DNA of 50,277 nt, filler included, from Catajapyx aquilonaris (taxonomy: Eukaryota), in the NCBI GenBank assembly GCA_000934665.2. It is 2 parts of 2 records of this genome, joined end to end, with 100 filler letters (N's around TTAATTAATTAA, not from the genome) between each part and the next. Parts side by side here need not be neighbours in the genome. Positions count along the whole stretch, not along the records: positions 25,161 to 50,277 come from JYFJ02005427.1; 1 more part is not named here. The stretch is one strand, 5' to 3'. The notes beneath the pieces are model-generated. The model saw only the letters and a list, made by a program, of their open reading frames with translations, was not told the DNA's origin and ran no database searches. The position numbers and the translations under genes were made by a program. How positions within the stretch are numbered: position 1 is the first letter of the stretch; the number at the start of each line of letters is the position of its first letter. Below are positions 47,692-50,277 of the stretch, in pieces.

Positions 47692-49300
47692 TTTGTTGTG
47701 AATTCGCAATTTTTGATTAAAAAGGAATTCAATTTTGATGGGGTGCTATATGTGAAAAGGATGACAAGAAAACTCCGTACTTAACATTTGCAAGCACATT
47801 CACAACTGAATCAATTCCATACAAACAGCAATGGACATGCGTAGTTATCATATATTATGGAAAAAGGTCGGAGAGGTGACGATTAATTTTGCTCTAAACA
47901 AAGGTTGGCCAAGTTCCAGTTTGACAACAAAAGCGGCGACGAAATTTATTACTCATTCACATGAAAACAACCGCGTTGCTAAGGCATCACGCGGGATATT
48001 GCAACTATACGTACCTTTGGGTGGTATAACTGAGGGAAGAAAATGTTGTGGTTTCAGGTTCGATAGTGTTTGTAACTACAGCACACAGGGCAGTAAATTC
48101 AAAGTATTGCATGCAATTCTTTGAGTCTCAATGCTATAGTAGTGTCGTTACTGTGCCAGACCATAACAAAACCAGATAGGAAAATCACGTGAGCGTGATT
48201 ATAGTAGACTTTTCCTCATTCTTTCACCGCGTAGGGGTCGCGGCCACTTCTTTAGAAAATCCATGGCGTTGCATGAAAATGAATTTTACATGAGGTCTTC
48301 AAGTATACGCAGTATGAATTTTGGGAGGCGGCGAAAATCCTTCGCGTCCGCCATGTGCAACCAAACTGGCCCCTGTGCCGCCCCTGTCCACCACAGCACA
48401 CGTATTGTATTTTAAGAAAATATATTTTCTATTACGATTCGTAGAGCTCACCTGATTTCAATTGACCTCCCTTCGCATGGACGGAATATACGAGTATTTC
48501 ATGAACGGGTAAAGTAAAAGCTTTGGTAATTAATTACTACCTTTAAGAGTAATGAGTCAACTTGCTGATCGAGTGCAGTCACAAATTGTGAATTATTCAC
48601 GTGATGATTGAAGAGTGCGACTAATATAATAACAGCTAATATATTTTTGTAGTATATGGTTATGATTAACTAGCAGAGGAGCCCGATCTTCGCACGCGGC
48701 CTGTTTCCATGGTAAAGCCGGGTAAAGCAAGACATAGTCGACGACATGTTTGCGATGAATAAATGATGTGACATAATATTAGGGGTACCTTTTTATTTAT
48801 CGTAATACAGTGTGATAACCAGTGATAACTAGAGACTTTACATATTACATTTGTAGATGTGTGTACTTTTATTTCAATCTTCTCCAACTCAAAAACAGGA
48901 AACTTCCACAAAACACCAGGGTATACGTATGATTACGTAGGTTATCCTTCCAACTAACCAGGGAATTTCGGAATGAACGTTACACAAGTTACCGCTCTCA
49001 TGGCGAAACTACATTATGAAGTACGGCCGAAAACTATAATATTATTCTATACGGTACTTATTTTCGCCTGAGCCAATTTTGTAGGTTCATGTGAAGGTAT
49101 CGTGGCCTTTGAACAATATTGCTGAATTGCACATAGTCTACTTTGGATAATAATTATCCAAAGTATGTTTATTTGTTAAAATGTAATTATTGTTAAAATT
49201 GGGCCCTTATTGCATTGTGGCATTCAATTTCATACATTTGCTCACAATGAATTAATTAAAGAGGTTAACGCTGTTAATATATTGTATAAGGACGTAAAAA

Positions 49301-50178
49301 TCACCACAAGCGACAGAACTTCGCACGTAGGCAAAATAATTCAGCCAAAAAGACAAAGGAGGCCGACGCACTTCCAAAAAATAAAATGAGAAAAGTTCCT
49401 TCAACATGGCGCCATGTGAAGCGTGTGTCCTTTGTTAGCAAGAAATAATCTACATTTCCTTTTATTATTTGCTTCTCCGCATTGTGGTAAAGCAAATCAT
49501 TCTTATCAATTTCCTCCCAGTGTTTCTCTATTCCAATGGTATTATAAATCTGCATCCACTTATCAAAATTATCGGCATACACACTACCTTTAATCACGAC
49601 GACTGACGCATAGAAAATGACGAAATTGTCAGATGAAATGAATGTCTTGGTCTCTCCGTAATCTTCGGCTATCAGAGCAAGATACCTCAACACAACATCA
49701 CCTTCGAAGCATACGGTGTCGGCGGTAAATAGATCATCAGCGCAATCCTCACCTTCCTTTACAGTTATTTTAGATATGAAATTGTGGTATTCCTCTAGTG
49801 CATCCGAATCCGCAGTGCCGAGTAATTCCTTACACCTGGGAGAAGTTGTAATAGAGAAAGTGGATCTTCTTAGCTCATCAATGTTACGTGGAATTATTTC
49901 TTTAGGAGGAGATACTAGCAAATCATAGAGCTTACTTCTGTATCCCGTACCAATGACTATGGAGAAGAAAATCCACATTAAAACGAAGATTCTGTGATAT
50001 GAAACTTTTGGATGTGGTACACATTGTTCCAGGGCGATTTTAGAGAGATATGAAGATATAGATAAGACTGACCTAAAACGAGGGAAATTATCTTCAGACT
50101 GTCCTGTATTTGTTTTAGAGAGTAATGACAAAAATCCCACGGAAATAATGAAAGAAGCAATAGAAATACACCAAGCAC
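49301..50178 (-). pseudogene. IR paralog of 45733-47691 interrupted by an insertion
   Basis: Highly similar to the neighbouring IR from AWCIS to RLW*; homology ends abruptly at TTA 50179-50181. Confidence 0.8.
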
Positions 50179-50181
50179 TTA

Positions 50182-50277
50182 CAAGGGAAGTGTCTGTAGG
50201 GCCATCGGCCAATCGGCCCGAAAATGACACTAGGGGTAAATCGCAGGCCAGAAATTCATTGGTGAAAGTAAAAAGTT
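50182..50277. mobile_element. End of an inserted element (TTA|CAAGGGA terminus)
   Basis: The paralogous empty site reads CCAAGCAG-TTA-GTGTG, while here it is CCAAGCAC-TTA-CAAGGGAAG. Same terminus and target as 11489-12333. Confidence 0.6.

Noticed and set aside
50179..50230. N-terminus MSFSGRLADGPTDTSL of the 309-aa IR ORF
   Set aside because: Derived from the inserted element, not from the receptor.

Overview
Eukaryotic genomic DNA, most likely arthropod (spliceosomal introns, divergent intronless ionotropic receptors, TTAGG-like tracts). It consists of two contigs joined by an artificial N-spacer at 25041-25160, so adjacency across that point is unproven. Host genes: the last three coding exons of CLASRP (+), an RBM46/RBM47/A1CF-family RRM gene (-) with a GC-AG intron and a decayed C-terminal dsRBD, a complete 7-exon UBE2Q (-), and four divergent ionotropic receptor (IR) loci in different states of decay. 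Introns and intergenic DNA are dense with MITEs, foldbacks, tRNA-derived SINEs, Helitron remnants and a full-length but inactive DD41D Tc1/mariner element. Three things stand out. (1) A virus-like cassette at about 20.7-25.0 kb: two unrelated ORFs (an acidic repeat protein and an ALKBH2-like protein lacking most catalytic residues) sit behind homologous promoter/25-nt exon/intron modules, bracketed by inverted GCCATCTTG (YY1-type) arrays. (2) A 311-nt highly structured insert ending in a canonical box C/D motif, flanked by a 13-bp target-site duplication inside a Helitron ORF. (3) A full-length IR interrupted by one in-frame TAA. All family assignments are by motif recognition; no database search was run.
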